From assembly GCF_009914755.1 (NCBI RefSeq), contig NC_060925.1: a stretch of 64,000 nucleotides of DNA, one strand, 5' to 3'. The stretch comes from the human T2T-CHM13v2.0 reference genome, Homo sapiens. The position numbers were made by a program, and so were the translations under genes. A model generated the notes under the pieces. That model had not been told where the DNA came from. It saw nothing but the letters and a program-made list of their open reading frames with translations, and did no database searches. This document shows, one piece after another, positions 16,165 to 33,820 of the stretch. Each line of letters begins with the position of its first letter. The stretch's first letter is position 1.

Positions 16165-16742
16165 TGTATTAGCCAGGGTTCTCCAGAGAGACAGAACTGG
16201 TAGGATATCTACACTGATATATAAGGGAATTATTATGGGAATTGGCTCAGGCAATTATGAAAGCTGAGAAGTCCCACAATCTGCTGTCTGCAAGCTGGAG
16301 AAACTAGGGAAACTGGTGGTGTAATTCAGTCTGAGTCCAAAGGCCCGAGAGCCAGGGTGGCTGATGGTGTAACTCTCACTCCAGGGCCCAAAGGCCTGAG
16401 AAGAGGGGGTGGGGGCAGCTTGGGTAGAAGCCTCAAAGTCTGTAGGCCAAAGAACATGGAGTTCTGATGTCTGGGGGCAGGAGAATATGGATGCCCCAGC
16501 TCATGAAGAGAGAGAGAGAGAATTTGCACTTGCTTTGCCTTTTTGTTCTATGAGGGCCCTCAATGGATTGAGTGATGCTTGCCCATATTGGGTGAGGGCA
16601 GATCTTCCTTACTCAGTCCAGGGAGTAAGAAAGTCAAATCTCTTCTGGAAACAACTCACAAAAATACCCAGAAATAATGCTTTACCACCTATCTGGATAA
16701 CCCTTAACCCAAGTCAAGCTGACACCCAGTCGAGTCCACACA
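16165..16742 (-). mobile_element. ERVL LTR MLT2 (solo)
   Basis: tgtattagccagggttctccagagagacagaac...caagtcaagctgacac. Confidence 0.85.
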
Positions 16743-17784
16743 CGTTTCCACAATTCCTGCCAGTCCACATTAGCCAAGCTCTGCAATATCTTTGGCAAAT
16801 ATGTTTTTTCCCCCTGGAGCAGGGCATTTTCTTCCCAGTATGGGCTGTGCTATAACCTGACTCTGGTATTGTTGGAGGCAATAAGGGGTGGGGCCAGGTC
16901 TTGAGGAGAACAAATCATGAGGAAGTGGGTCTTCTTTGGGCAGGAGACTTCAGGGCATTTGAATGGTCAAGATGCTCATCCACTCTTATATCCCTATCCC
17001 AGGTCTTATTGTCCCAGTCTTTTCCTATCTGGGCTCTCACTTTGACATGGCAGGCTGTCAAGGGCATGCGTTTAGTTTCCTTTGCCATTCTGCTACCCTT
17101 TGATCTTGGGCTTGATTTTAAGAGCCTATCCTATGAATACAGGAAATAAGACTTTCTCTTAAAGTTTCCATAGAGGCTTTCTGGCTTTAAAGCATTGTAT
17201 GACTTGGCTCTGAGGCTATTTTTTGTTTCCAAGATCTCCAGTGCCTTATAATTATCATTGTTTCTGAGCTGATTATCACAGCCACTTGATCTTCCAATGT
17301 CTTGCTCTCCATACAGTTTACCCCAATTAAACCCAAGTGAAAGCTATGGTGCTATTGCATATCAGGGTTATCACCATCTGCCTTAGAGAGGTCTCTATTG
17401 ATTTCAGGAAGGTGAGCTATACAAACCCAAAATTTATCTTGAGGATTTGCTTTCTAGAACTACTTGTGGACCCAGTTGTCTTAACTTATTTTCTCTAGAA
17501 AACAGAATCTGAAACAAAGATTAAATGCTGATTGGGAAGGCAGACAGAGTGAGTAAAAAGGGAAATGACATTGGCTAGGATGAGAAGCAATGCAAGGTGG
17601 CATGTTATCATATAGGCAACTGCTTCATGACCAGAGGCAAAGAGCCATGGCAGGTTACTTAGTAGGTATGTCTGCTCAGCCATACAGGACATCTCTGGAC
17701 AGGCTATTTTGGAAAACCACAACTCAGAACAGTTCATAGGAGGGAAGAAAAGGAATTTATCTGACCAGCTCCCTCCCATCCTGG

Positions 17785-18116
<332 letters not shown>

Positions 18117-19726
18117 TCCCTCCCATCTTGTTTCTCATTGGTCAATATGCTCCCCATAGGGAATTAATTCCCTAGGTTGCATCATCCAGCCCCTCTGGCT
18201 GCTCGGAAGCCAGATGCCACATCCTACAGTGTGGCGTTTCATCTGAGTCCAGAAGTGGTAGAGGACCAGAGACTCCAGACAGGTGGCTGGCCAGCCTTAT
18301 TGTGCAGCAGCAGCCAAATGGAGAGCTGAGCACTTCTGGGCAAGTGACTAGTCAGTCGCAGATGGCTGAATGCACAGATCTAGTTGGCCATGGAGGTAGC
18401 TGTGGAGCAAGGAGAAAAGCTAGACCTAGGGAATCTGAGGCAGCACATGGGATGTGTCTGATACATTTATTAATAAGCTATTAATACACACATTGTCTTT
18501 GTTTTATATGGAAAATGTCAAACATTCATAAACATTGAGAAAATCATTTACTGACTCTGTGTACCCATCTTTTAGTTTCAACAATTATGAGCATTTTACC
18601 AACTGTTTTTTTACTGCAACATTGTAAAGCAAGTCCTAAACATTGTGTCATTTCATCCATAAATATTCATTATGTGTTTCTGAGATTTTACATAACCACG
18701 TCACTGATAAAGCTAACAAATTATCAATAGTTTTGTAACATTATATAATGCTTAGTCTATATTCAGATTTCCTTAATTCTCTCATACGAGTTTGTTTTAT
18801 TTTGGTTGGTTTTGGTTTTATAGCTGTTTATTTGAAATAGAATTGAAGCAAAGTCCACACATTGCATTTGATTGCTATGTATCTTAAATCTTTTCAGTTC
18901 TATTTGGGTAATTCACCACCCCATCCCACACTTTTTTTTCCCCATTGCCATCAGTTTGCCATTAATTTGTTAGAGACAGTGTAACATTTGTCTCACATTC
19001 TGAATTTGACTGATTGTTTCCTTCTGGTGTCACTCAACTGTTTCTTCAATCCCCACTTAAAATTTTTTTTTTTTTTGTATTTTTTTGTAGAGTTGGGGTT
19101 TCACCATGTTGACCATACTGGTCTCAGACTCCTGGCGTCAAGTAATTCACCCTCCTCAGATATCCCTTTTATTCCTAAAAGTTGTTCTTTAGATCCAGAC
19201 ACTTAATTACGGGTTCAATTGTGTTTTTTTAAGGCAAGAACACTTCATAGGTGCTATTGTATACTTACTATGGCACAACACCATAAGGCTCATAGTGATG
19301 AAGCTATGACTGACAAACTCATGTGGAATTAATTTTCTTATATAGCAGGAGGTAGGAATCCAGCTTCAACTTGGTTGTGAGGCATGATAGCTTTTATACA
19401 TTGCTGGATTCCATTTGTGGATATTTTGTTTAGGATATTTTCACTTATGTTCAAAAGTAAGATTATCAGTAATGTTCCTATCTTGTACTTTCTTTGTCTT
19501 ATACCAAGATTTTACCAGCTTAATACAATTAATGGGGGAATGGTTCTTTTTCTGTTTTCTCAAAGATTTCATAGAGGATTTGTTTCTTCAATATTTGATG
19601 TGACTCAAGTAAAACTCTCTGGGTCAGGTGATTTTTTTGGAGGGTAAATTTTAACAGTTGTAGGACTACTAAGGTTTTCTATTTTTTCTCAAGTCAGTTT
19701 TGAAAATATGTTTCCTTAGAAATTTA

Positions 19727-20020
<294 letters not shown>

Positions 20021-20027
20021 TTAAAAT

Positions 20028-20236
<209 letters not shown>

Positions 20237-20619
20237 TAGCAGGCAGAAAGAAATTTAAGTTGTTGACTTTGTTTTCAAATTCATTGGCATAATGTTTTCG
20301 CAGTATTCTATTATCTTTTTAACCTGTCATATCTATAATTTCTCTTCCAACTTCATTTGTTTCTATTATTGCTTAAGTCATTCCTCTTGTTTCTTATTTG
20401 TCTTATCAGAGGTTTTTTTTTAGCTCATTAGTTTTTTAAAAAAATCAACTTTTGGTTTTGCTGATCCTGTCTCCCATAACTTTCTTTCTTTTTTTTTTAA
20501 TTTATACCTGTTCTTTTGTTTATTATTTCCCTTTTTATTTTCTTTAAGTTAATTCAGTTGCTGTTTTGTAACTTCTCATGTTGCATGCTTAACTCATTAC
20601 TGTTTAGCCTTTCCTATCA

Positions 20620-21600
20620 GTACTAGAAGTGGGATCCTAAACATGTGATCCTATCACAGTGATCTGTTGGCACACGGCAAGGAAATACACATCATAGGCT
20701 GGGAAGATAGGAACCTAGGTTATGTAGTAACAAAACACTTGGTAAAATGGTTACTTGCAGTGACTTGATTGCAAATCTGATCAAGTGCCTACTACTGATT
20801 CAGCTGCTTCAAAGGAAGTTGTTGGAAAGAGCCAGAGTGTTAGCATGTGTTGGTTATCTTTTGCTTTGTTTAGTAAGGTTTTTAGATAAAGAGATGATCC
20901 CTGGAAAGAATTGACTAATACATGAAAAATGGAAAAGAATGGACTGAGCACAGATATTTGGGGCTTTCTTGTGTTAGAAAAAAATTGCTTTTAGACCCCA
21001 AATACAAAGTAAGACTAATAAAAGTTTTGAATGACTAACGCCAATTAACACTTTCTAAAAAAAAAAAACAAAGTGATTGAGTCTATGGCAAAGATCGGAT
21101 TGGAAGTTTAGACTTCTCATTCAAGCCTATTATTTCAGATGGCCTCAAAATAACCATTATTAGGTGAAACAGAAAGGCATGGGAACAAGGAAATTAATGA
21201 GGTTTGGGAATTTTATTTAAAAGAGAAATTTGGATGTGCTTGTTGGCATATGGAACTATCTAGAAGCAAATAGGTTAGAAGGCTACGAAATTTGTAAGGA
21301 ATTGTATAGCCAAAGAAATCACAAATGCAACTTTGAAAAAGGCTTTGACTATTTAAACTTTAAATTAATCCTAAAGTCCTTAAATTCACACCACCATGGC
21401 ATTGGCTGTAAGAGCTCTGCAGCCCCCTAAGGATGTAGCCACTTCAGATGTGTCCATAGAAGAACCAGAGAGCAGAGTGAGGGGCTACGATAACACAGGA
21501 TAAAGAATCTTTCCAGAAAGCAGAATCAGGGTCTAAGGAAGGAACTTTCCCTATCCTCAGGGCAGACTTCATAATGCCTGTTTCTCAGGGTGTAAGTGAT
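20620..21600 (+). mobile_element. MaLR internal (MLT1-int-like)
   Basis: tactagaagtggg...ttatgtagtaacaaaacacttggtaaaa resembles MLT1 internal sequence. Confidence 0.55.
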
Positions 21601-21613
21601 AAGTTCTAGTGAC

Positions 21614-21917
21614 TTTTTTTTTTTTTTTTTTGACAGAATCTCGCTCTGTTGCCCAGGCCAGAGTGCAGTGTTGCAATCTCTACTCACTACAGCCTTGAAC
21701 TCCTAGGCTCAAGCAATCCTCCCACCTCAGGCTCCTGAGTAGCTGGGACCACAGTCATGTACCACCATGGCCAGTTAATTTTTTGTGCTTTTTTTATAGA
21801 GACGGAGTTTCGCCATGTTGGCCAGGCTGGTCTCAAACTCCTGGCCTCAAGTGATCCGCCCACCTCGGCCTCCCAAACTGCTGGGGTTACAGGTGTGAGC
21901 CACTACTACGCCCAGCC
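21614..21917 (-). mobile_element. AluJ
   Basis: Reverse dimer. Confidence 0.9.
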
Positions 21918-22527
21918 TGCATCTAATTTTAGTATCTGAAGTCTTTAGAGATTTAACTCTAGTTGTGTATGCTGACTCTTGATTTTGGTGGCTTGCTTCC
22001 TTGTGACTTGGTAATTTGTAGACATGGGTTTCTGTTTGCCTGAGGTCTTTAGGATTACCTGTGGGCCTGGGTTGAGGATGTGTTTATCCAGAGAAGATGT
22101 TCATTTGCTGTTTCCAGGCACCTAAGGACGTTATCAGCCTGGCACTATTTAAACATAATTTTTCAGCTTGGGTTTTCCTGAACTATCCAGATAGTATAAG
22201 TTAACTGCAAGGCCAGATAATATAGTTACAAACTCTTGAAGGAAACTTTTTTATTATTATGCTTTTTTTCTATTCAGAGCTGAGGCTGAAATGGACAAGT
22301 TATTTTTGTGGTTTTCCTTTGCTGGCTGGACTTTGGGCCAACTGTTTAACCTTTTCCAGTTTCAGTTTAAAACTTACAGCATAGATTTCTTGTGAGCATT
22401 AAATGACATAATGCAAGTGAGGTGCTTAGATTGTGCTTGACATAAAGTACTTGATAAGTGTTACTTTTTGTTTTGCTCTTTTTGTGGCAAGAACTAGATC
22501 CAAACCAATTAGAAATGGTACAAAACA

Positions 22528-23491
<964 letters not shown>

Positions 23492-23829
23492 TGCCTATGA
23501 ATAGGTGACAATATATGTGATTCAGATACTACCATGGAATATATGCAAAATATCCTTTAGGGAAGTGAGAGATGAAGAAGCTATTTGATTTTTCTGAGAC
23601 CTCCAGGAAAGACGCTTAAGTTCCTCATTTGGCATTCTCTTCTGTGGTCCTAGAACACAGCAGGATTGCTAAATCTCATGATTTACAGAATATTAGTGTT
23701 GATATTTAGTGAAAAAGTCAGTTCACTAGTTCAGTGCAGTGGTAACATCCCTCATCAGGATGATCATAGGCCCCGAACACATGGGCTGAACTTTCATCAG
23801 CCCCATGTGGGTATCAGCCTCATATGGGG

Positions 23830-24578
<749 letters not shown>

Positions 24579-26213
24579 TGGGTAGATCTTCCTCTGTGCT
24601 GTCAATAGAGGCAGAAACAAATTCTTCCTGTTCCTGTGTGCCACTGCCCGCCTACTCCTATGCCTCTCAGCTTTTTCTTTTCCCCTCCACACACCCATGG
24701 CTTGTTTGAAATATACATCCCTTTCCCTGGGCAGCTGCAGTAATTTCTCAGTCTTGACTCCCAGGCAGTGAAATGTGCTGGGAACAGATGTCTCCAAATC
24801 TGTTTGTGTCACTGTCTCAGATTCAGATGAAAGCCCAACTTACATGTACCAGGAATTTAGCATGTGTTTTTACATACCTTACCTCTCTGTCCTCACAATA
24901 TCCCTCTAGAGTAGTATCATACCGTCTTCATGAGGAAATTAAGGCTCATAGATGCTGAGTAACTTACCCAAAATTTTACCATTAATAACTAGTAGAGCTA
25001 GAAATATGAACCATCAGGGTAGGATTTTGTCTTATTTCTCATCATGATAGCAGCTGGCATTTGAATAATGAGATATTATCTAAGTCCAGTTCTTCTCATT
25101 CCAAACTTTTCCACTACGCTTCCCTGCTATACCGGTAGTTATGCCAACAAATACAAGTGGCCTTTCTCTCAGAGGTTGAGCATCCAGCCACCATGTCCTT
25201 GCTCAAACTGCAAATTGGTCTTGTCCAATTTGCAGTGTGTATATGTGGCTGTGTCAGTCTTACTAACTACCAGAACATTCAAAATCCTTAATCTAACTTG
25301 CCTGGGTTCACTGGAGTGTCATATAACACAAAATACACAAGGAAATGGAGAACAAAGTTGGCCGGCCCATGCAGCCTAGTTCAACTGTCAAATGAGAAGG
25401 AATTCTGAATAAGACAGCCCTTCTGCCTGACAATGCCCTTGCTGAGACAGCACAATTCACTTCAGAAGCTTCCTTACCAGCTCTTTGGAGAAGTAGCAAA
25501 ATCTCCTAACTATACTCATGTGCCATGCCACTTGGTTCTCCACTCCATCCCACTGCTGGGGAAGAGAAGAAAAGATAATTGGAATATTGGAGATGAACAG
25601 CAAAAGCTCTTCTCCTCAACTGTCAGGGAGTCCTGAGGTGCCTGGAGGCAGGAAGATGAACTGATAACCCTCTCAGGTCCCCGGGACTTTAATTCAGGTA
25701 AAGCAGGATGCAGGCTCTGGCTTAACAGGGTAATCGTAGGAGCTCGGACTTGACCTGAGTGGGGACACTGGGAAGTGATTCCAAGGAAGGTGACCCTTGC
25801 CAGACATTCTTCGATATTCACCAACTGGTCTGTTCACCTGAGCTTTGAGAGCTCAGTTTTCTCCAGAGGGACTGTCAGGTCAAATCCTCATTCTCTGCAT
25901 ACAGGTCCTCATCCTGAAATTCTAGTCTCCTGGACTTGAAACTCCCGGGAAATGTGGAGAAAAGGGTGGATTTGAGAGGTGAATGCAAAAAGAAGGGAAG
26001 AAGAATGTTCAAGATGAGAAAATAGATCACTCTCTGAGACATGTTTTCTTTTAATCAGGAAATGAAAACTGAGGCAATTATAGGTTGAGGGGATAATTTT
26101 CTTTCACTTCTTGCTTTTTTTTCCAGGTGTTCTTCTTGCAGTCAAATGAGTCAGACAATTTCATGAATTGGCCCATTTCCTTTGTCTCTATGAACCTAAG
26201 GTATTATTCTCAT

Positions 26214-28390
<2,177 letters not shown>

Positions 28391-29689
28391 CTATTCTCAT
28401 TATTGAATCTATAAAGTTCTTGGCATGGGCTCTGTCTCAGGGAGCAGTGCAGGGCTAAGTCCAGAATCCAGGTCTCCTCACCCAAGCCCTGGCTCTCAAC
28501 TACCCCTCAGGGGTCTCTGCCCTCCTGTGGAAGAGAAGTTCCAGTTCCATGACAGGCAACTTGTCAGGATAAGCATCCAGAAACTGACCCGCCATCAGTG
28601 GCACTTTGACAACTGTCTTCTTAATTCAAGGTTCACTTAGCATAGGTCTCATAACTGCTTTGCTCAGAGCTGGCCTGCTGGCCTGCAGTTTAAAGAGAAA
28701 GGATGCTATGGCCAGGATCCTCAGTGTCACAAGAGAGGAAGTCAGGGAATCACAGAACCTTACAGCCAGAACAGACCCTGGAGAGCGGGAGGTCTGCTCT
28801 CCTTTCAGAAAGAGAAGCTAAGGCCCAGAGCAGGGAAGTGGCTTGTCCAGGGTCACACAGCTGAGCAAAGTGACAAACCTGGACCAGGAGCCAGCCTTCA
28901 GGTCAGCAGTCTGGTGCTCTTCCCACCTCAACCTGCTCTCCTCTTTCTTAAAGAAAAAGAAAGAGAAGGTGTTTCAGTAGTGAGTGTGGGATAGCCACCC
29001 ACTTCACCATGGTTTGGAAGCATCTCTCCATCCCTCCTCTCACTCAACAGCTGTGGCAGAACAGTCAGGGCCTGCCTGACCTCTTGAGTTTTATTGTCTC
29101 CTCTCAACTTGGGCTTAAAGGGACTTTATTAACCATGACTAATACCAGAGGATCCAAAGCTGCACCCACTTGTTAATTTTGAGGAATTTTTAAATGCGGG
29201 ATTTAAAAAAGATTTAATTTCACGCATAGGTATGAACAGCCCCTCATCATCCCAGGTAGAGGATGAACAACTCATCATCCCGGGTAGAGGCAGGTAAGTG
29301 TGTCCAGCGTCCCTCAGGGAATGCTCTTCTGATGCCAAACCCTCTGCTTCCGCGGGGTCACTTCTCGGGTGGTTTTGTTTCTCCTCTGCTTCCACAGTTG
29401 CAAACCCTCGAAGTGCCACGACCCCTGGGGAAACTCGATCTTAAGTCCCATGGCCAAACGCTCCAGCCCGCGGGGCTCTCAGGACACCACAGCGATCGGA
29501 TTTCGCGTGGCCGCCAGGCTCCCCCTACTCCTGTCCCCTCCCGCCAGAGAACCCCTGGAGCCAATCAGAGCGTCGCGGAGCCCGGGGTTGTAGAGTCCCG
29601 AGCCCGGGACCCGCCCCTCTTTGTTGCGGTGGCCAATAGACGCATTCGGAACATCGGCGGCTGCCCGGGTGACTTGGTTATATGTCACA

Positions 29690-29843
29690 GAATAACATTC
29701 GAGAATGGGACATGGAATGAGGCGACGGCCCCAGCAAGCCCCAGCAGCCCCAGCCCCAGCCCCAGGCCCAGCAGCAGCAGCAGCAGCCCCTGCTCTCCCG
29801 CCGCCCGGAGAGGCTCTGCAGCCATGAAGCCAACCGTCCCGAG
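29690..29843 (+). other. VASH2: VASH2 exon 1 (5' UTR; start approximate)
   Basis: Ends at donor GAG|GTAGGA (intron starts 29844), downstream of the CCAAT/GC boxes. The TSS cannot be fixed from sequence alone. Confidence 0.65.
29769..29786 (+). repeat. (CAG)6 within a CAGCCC-rich tract of exon 1
   Basis: Read directly. Confidence 0.9.
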
Positions 29844-30441
29844 GTAGGATCTTGGAGCTGCCGCGCGCCCTTCCTGCGCGCCGCCCGCCTGCAGCCAGTC
29901 CCTCCCGGTGATAGGCGCTGGAACTCGGGGAAAAGGGGGCGGATGGAGCTCTTTCCACTAGATCCCCGCCGGGGTCCGGGAGGGCTTCCTGGAAGAAAGC
30001 GGGCCGCCTTGCAAGCCAAGGCTGCTGCAGCGCCCTCGCGCCAGCTCTGGGCGCTCACATGCCAGCACGTTCGTGGCTCCCCTCCTCTCTTGGCCACATC
30101 TGAGGACCCAGGAATGTGTGGAGCCTTGCGGGAACCTCCTGTTCCTTCATGCTACACAAGCTGTCTTTCTTCTCCCCACATCTTGCGCTCCGCATCCCCC
30201 AAGCTCCTTGTGCCCCTCCATCCCCAACCCCCCGGGTTTAGGTGTGTGTGAAGCTTCGTGGCACATTTTGAGCTGCCTTTCTAGGTAATCGCAGGGCTGG
30301 AAGCCCGTCATCGATTCTCAGGGAGGCTGTCAGCGTGCAGGGGGGAGCGGGGAGTGTCGTGGAGACACTCCGGGACCCCTCACTCGGTTCCGCTGTGCGT
30401 CCACTTAGCTGTGGTGTCAGCTGTGTCTCCGCTGATTTCAG

Positions 30442-30645
30442 GCACCGCCGGTAAGCAGGGAGCCTCCGCGGAGCTCCCGCCGCCGCTCCCCCTTGGTGAG
30501 TCCTGCCGCAGCGAGAGGCATGGAGAAGGCCGCCCCCGCGGGGCGCTGATCCCCTCGCCGCGCCCGCGCGCACACGCCCCCCGCCGCCGCCGCCGCTGCC
30601 GCCGCCGCGCGCCCCCAGTACCTCGCTCCCCGCCCAGGCCCCACC
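30442..30645 (+). other. VASH2: VASH2 exon 2, 5' UTR part
   Basis: Acceptor ctgtgtctccgctgatttcAG| ends at 30441, with CTGAT branch-like motif; 204 nt to the ATG. Confidence 0.65.
30581..30607 (+). repeat. (CCG)5 CTG (CCG)3 in the VASH2 5' UTR
   Basis: Read directly. Confidence 0.92.
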
Positions 30646-30921
30646 ATGACCGGCTCCGCGGCCGACACTCACCGCTGCCCCCACCCCAAAGGCGCCAAAG
30701 GCACCCGGTCCCGGAGCAGCCACGCGCGGCCCGTGAGCCTCGCCACCAGCGGGGGCTCAGAGGAGGAGGACAAAGACGGCGGGGTGCTGTTCCACGTCAA
30801 CAAGAGCGGCTTCCCCATCGACAGCCACACCTGGGAGCGCATGTGGATGCACGTGGCCAAGGTGCACCCTAAGGGGGGAGAAATGGTGGGCGCCATCAGG
30901 AACGCCGCCTTCTTGGCAAAG
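30646..30921 (+). CDS. VASH2: Vasohibin-2 coding exon 2 (aa 1-92, [10 protein letters not shown]...NAAFLAK)
   Basis: Kozak ccaccATG. Translation matches the vasohibin-2 N-terminus ([19 protein letters not shown]). Donor AAG|GTCAGT, phase 0. Confidence 0.97.
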
Positions 30922-33004
30922 GTCAGTGGCTTCCAGGGCGGAGTTGGGGGGCTGGGGGTAGGTAGGCAGCGATGGGACCGTTTCAGCCTATACATAGCAA
31001 ACACAGGCAATCTCCATTTTCCTAGTCCTGCTACAAACTCCCTTCCTCTCCCCATTCCTTCCTGCCAGCCCTTTTCTAATTGAGATATTTAGATTGGAAG
31101 CCTAAGAAATGGGGAAGGGAGAGGTAGCGGGCTTGCTATCCTGGGACTGTGTAATTGGATTGTGCCAAGGTGTCTTTGAAGCTCCAGCCAAACTCTATTA
31201 TTTACTCACCCCCACATACATCCTCCTTCAGCAAAAGCTAGAGCCACCAGGTACCAGCGATGCCAAAGAATGCACAGACCCCAGGGATCCCACCCTGCTT
31301 GTTCTCTTTGGAGTGTCTTGCTCCTCCTCTGCTCCCCTCTTCCCCCAGCAAATGATTTATTAAGCTGTGAATGAATTTGAAATCAACCAGTCAGACTTCT
31401 CAGTGTGAATAATTTCCAGACTTTTTGCCAGTTTTTTTTCTTTTCTTTCTGGTTTTTTTGTGTGTGTGTGTGTGACAGTGACTTTCACCTCTGAAACTTG
31501 CAAAACGGTGAACTCTCTCTCTCTCTTCCCAGCTTATTTGTGCTCCAAGAAAAAAGAAAGACTTTTGGCTGAGACTTAAAAGGGACTTTCCAGTACACAT
31601 GATGAATTAGTCTCACTGGATAGAAAAAGAGGATGAGGAGTGAAACTCTCTTTTTGCCTTGGAGAGAAGCCAGTGAGCCATTTGGGTTTGGTGGCTAAGG
31701 ATATCTTTACCGAGGGAGGGAGATGTACCCTGGTGGGAGTAGATACGTTATATGAAACATCAAAATGCAAACTGGGGAGAAATGCTGCCGAGCCTCGGGG
31801 TTATAGCGTGGCGGATGGTTTCCCCTGGACCCTGGGGACGCTGGTACGGCTGAGAAGATTCCTGGGCAGGTCTAGGAATGCCAGACTTGAGACCCGGAAG
31901 GCCATCTGGTTGATTCCCCAGCCTGGTGACAGCTGAGCATCTGAGCCTGCAGGCCAGAAAGCTGTGTGTGTCCTTGGAGAAGTGACAGAGCCTCTAAACT
32001 TCCTGCTGCAGTCAGTTACAGTGTTCTATTACTCTGCTGGTCAAGGAGATCTTCATTGTGCCCAACTAGAATCTTGCCTGCTTTAGTGTCAACCATAATT
32101 ACCCTTGCTGAGTTCTTGAATATGAGAACAACCTTTGTTCCTGGTTTGCAGTTCTGACTTGAGAATTTTTCCTCCAGTGAGGAGCCGAGAGCCCTTAAAC
32201 TTGGAAGAAAAGTGACCACAAGGAAAAAAACGCCTGTTCCTACTGTCCCATGCTGCCTTTCTTAGTAGCACCCGTACCAACCCTGCCTCTAATTGTGCTT
32301 TTATCCTTCCTCCAACCATGTATGCGGGTGCGCGGGGGGGGGTGCATTCTCTATGTGGGAATCATGGAATTTTGCTGTTTGTAGAGACCAGTCTCCCACC
32401 TCTCAACAGAATCCCCTCCTCTTTCTGAAGACCTCTTGGGAATGGGGAGCTTGCTGCTTCCCAGGGCAGCTGATCTTAGGCCTGGCCAGAGTCGATTGTT
32501 AGGAAGCTCTTAGACCAACCATAAATCCTCCTCGCAGCACCCTCCCACCCGCAAATCACATTTCATCACTGATTGTTGTGTTCCTCTTGCCTTTTGAATC
32601 AGGGCAGAGCATTGTCAACTTCCTTTGCTACTCACAGCACCCTTGAATGTTATGAGAGAGTGCTCTTAGGATGGAAGGGACTTGGAGTAAAAATCAAGGA
32701 ACTGAATCCTAGTCTTGGTTGTATGACATCTAGCCTTGTGCCTCACTTAAGTGAGGTCATTCACTTAAAATCTCTGTCCTTAGTTTTCTCATCTATAAAA
32801 TGGGAATAGACCAGACTTTGTAAGTTCTTTCCAGCTCTAAAATCTCATGATGTTATGACCCGTGAGTCTCCAGGTCACTAATGCTGATCTGTGTGATGCT
32901 AGAGGTCTGCTAGACTATGAGCCCTCAGGACTGTGACTTTTTCTATCATTCTGCTTCTGCTTCTTCCTTTGGCCTTCTTTGTCCACAGATAGCTCCTTTT
33001 GCCC

Positions 33005-33314
33005 TTTTTCTTTTCTTTTTTCTTATTTTGGAGACAAGGCCTTCCTCTGTCACCCAGGCTGGAGTGCAGTGTGTGATCATGGCTCACGGCAGCCTCAACC
33101 TCCCAGGCTCAAGCAATCCTCCCACCTCAGCCTCCTGAGTGTAGCTGGGACTACAGACACGTACCACCCAACCTGGCTAACTTAAAAAAAAATTTTGTAG
33201 AGACAAGCTCTCACCGTGTTGCCCAGACTGGTCTCAAACTTCTAGGCTCGAGCGATTCTCCCTCACTGGCTTCCCAAAGTGGTGGGATTACAGGTGTGAG
33301 CCACCGCATCTGGC
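33005..33314 (-). mobile_element. AluJ
   Basis: Reverse dimer; TSD ttttgcccttt. Confidence 0.9.
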
Positions 33315-33449
33315 CTTTTGCCCTTTCTTATATGTCATAGCTCCCAGACCAACTCACCCTCCTCCTTCTGAGACAATTCCTAGTTTGTCAGTAGTCATTT
33401 GCAAGCACATATGAAACACAGGCTTCTAAATCATGTCTGAGCAGTTTAG

Positions 33450-33820
<371 letters not shown>

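Larger units (their letters stand above)
29440..30960 (+). promoter_or_regulatory. VASH2: CpG island / VASH2 promoter, covering exon 1, intron 1 and exon 2
   Basis: Sharp rise in GC and CpG density compared with the flanks. CCAAT boxes at 29561-29565 and 29633-29637, GC box (CCCGCCCC) at ~29610-29617. Lies directly upstream of the VASH2 ATG. Confidence 0.9.

Noticed and set aside
29263-30872. Several 100-190 aa ORFs on both strands over the promoter
   Set aside because: Expected from stop-codon scarcity in a GC-rich island; low complexity, no recognisable domain.
30922-31083. Extension of the VASH2 exon 2 ORF to 145 aa
   Set aside because: Vasohibin similarity resumes in exon 3 after the 30921 donor; the extension is intronic read-through.
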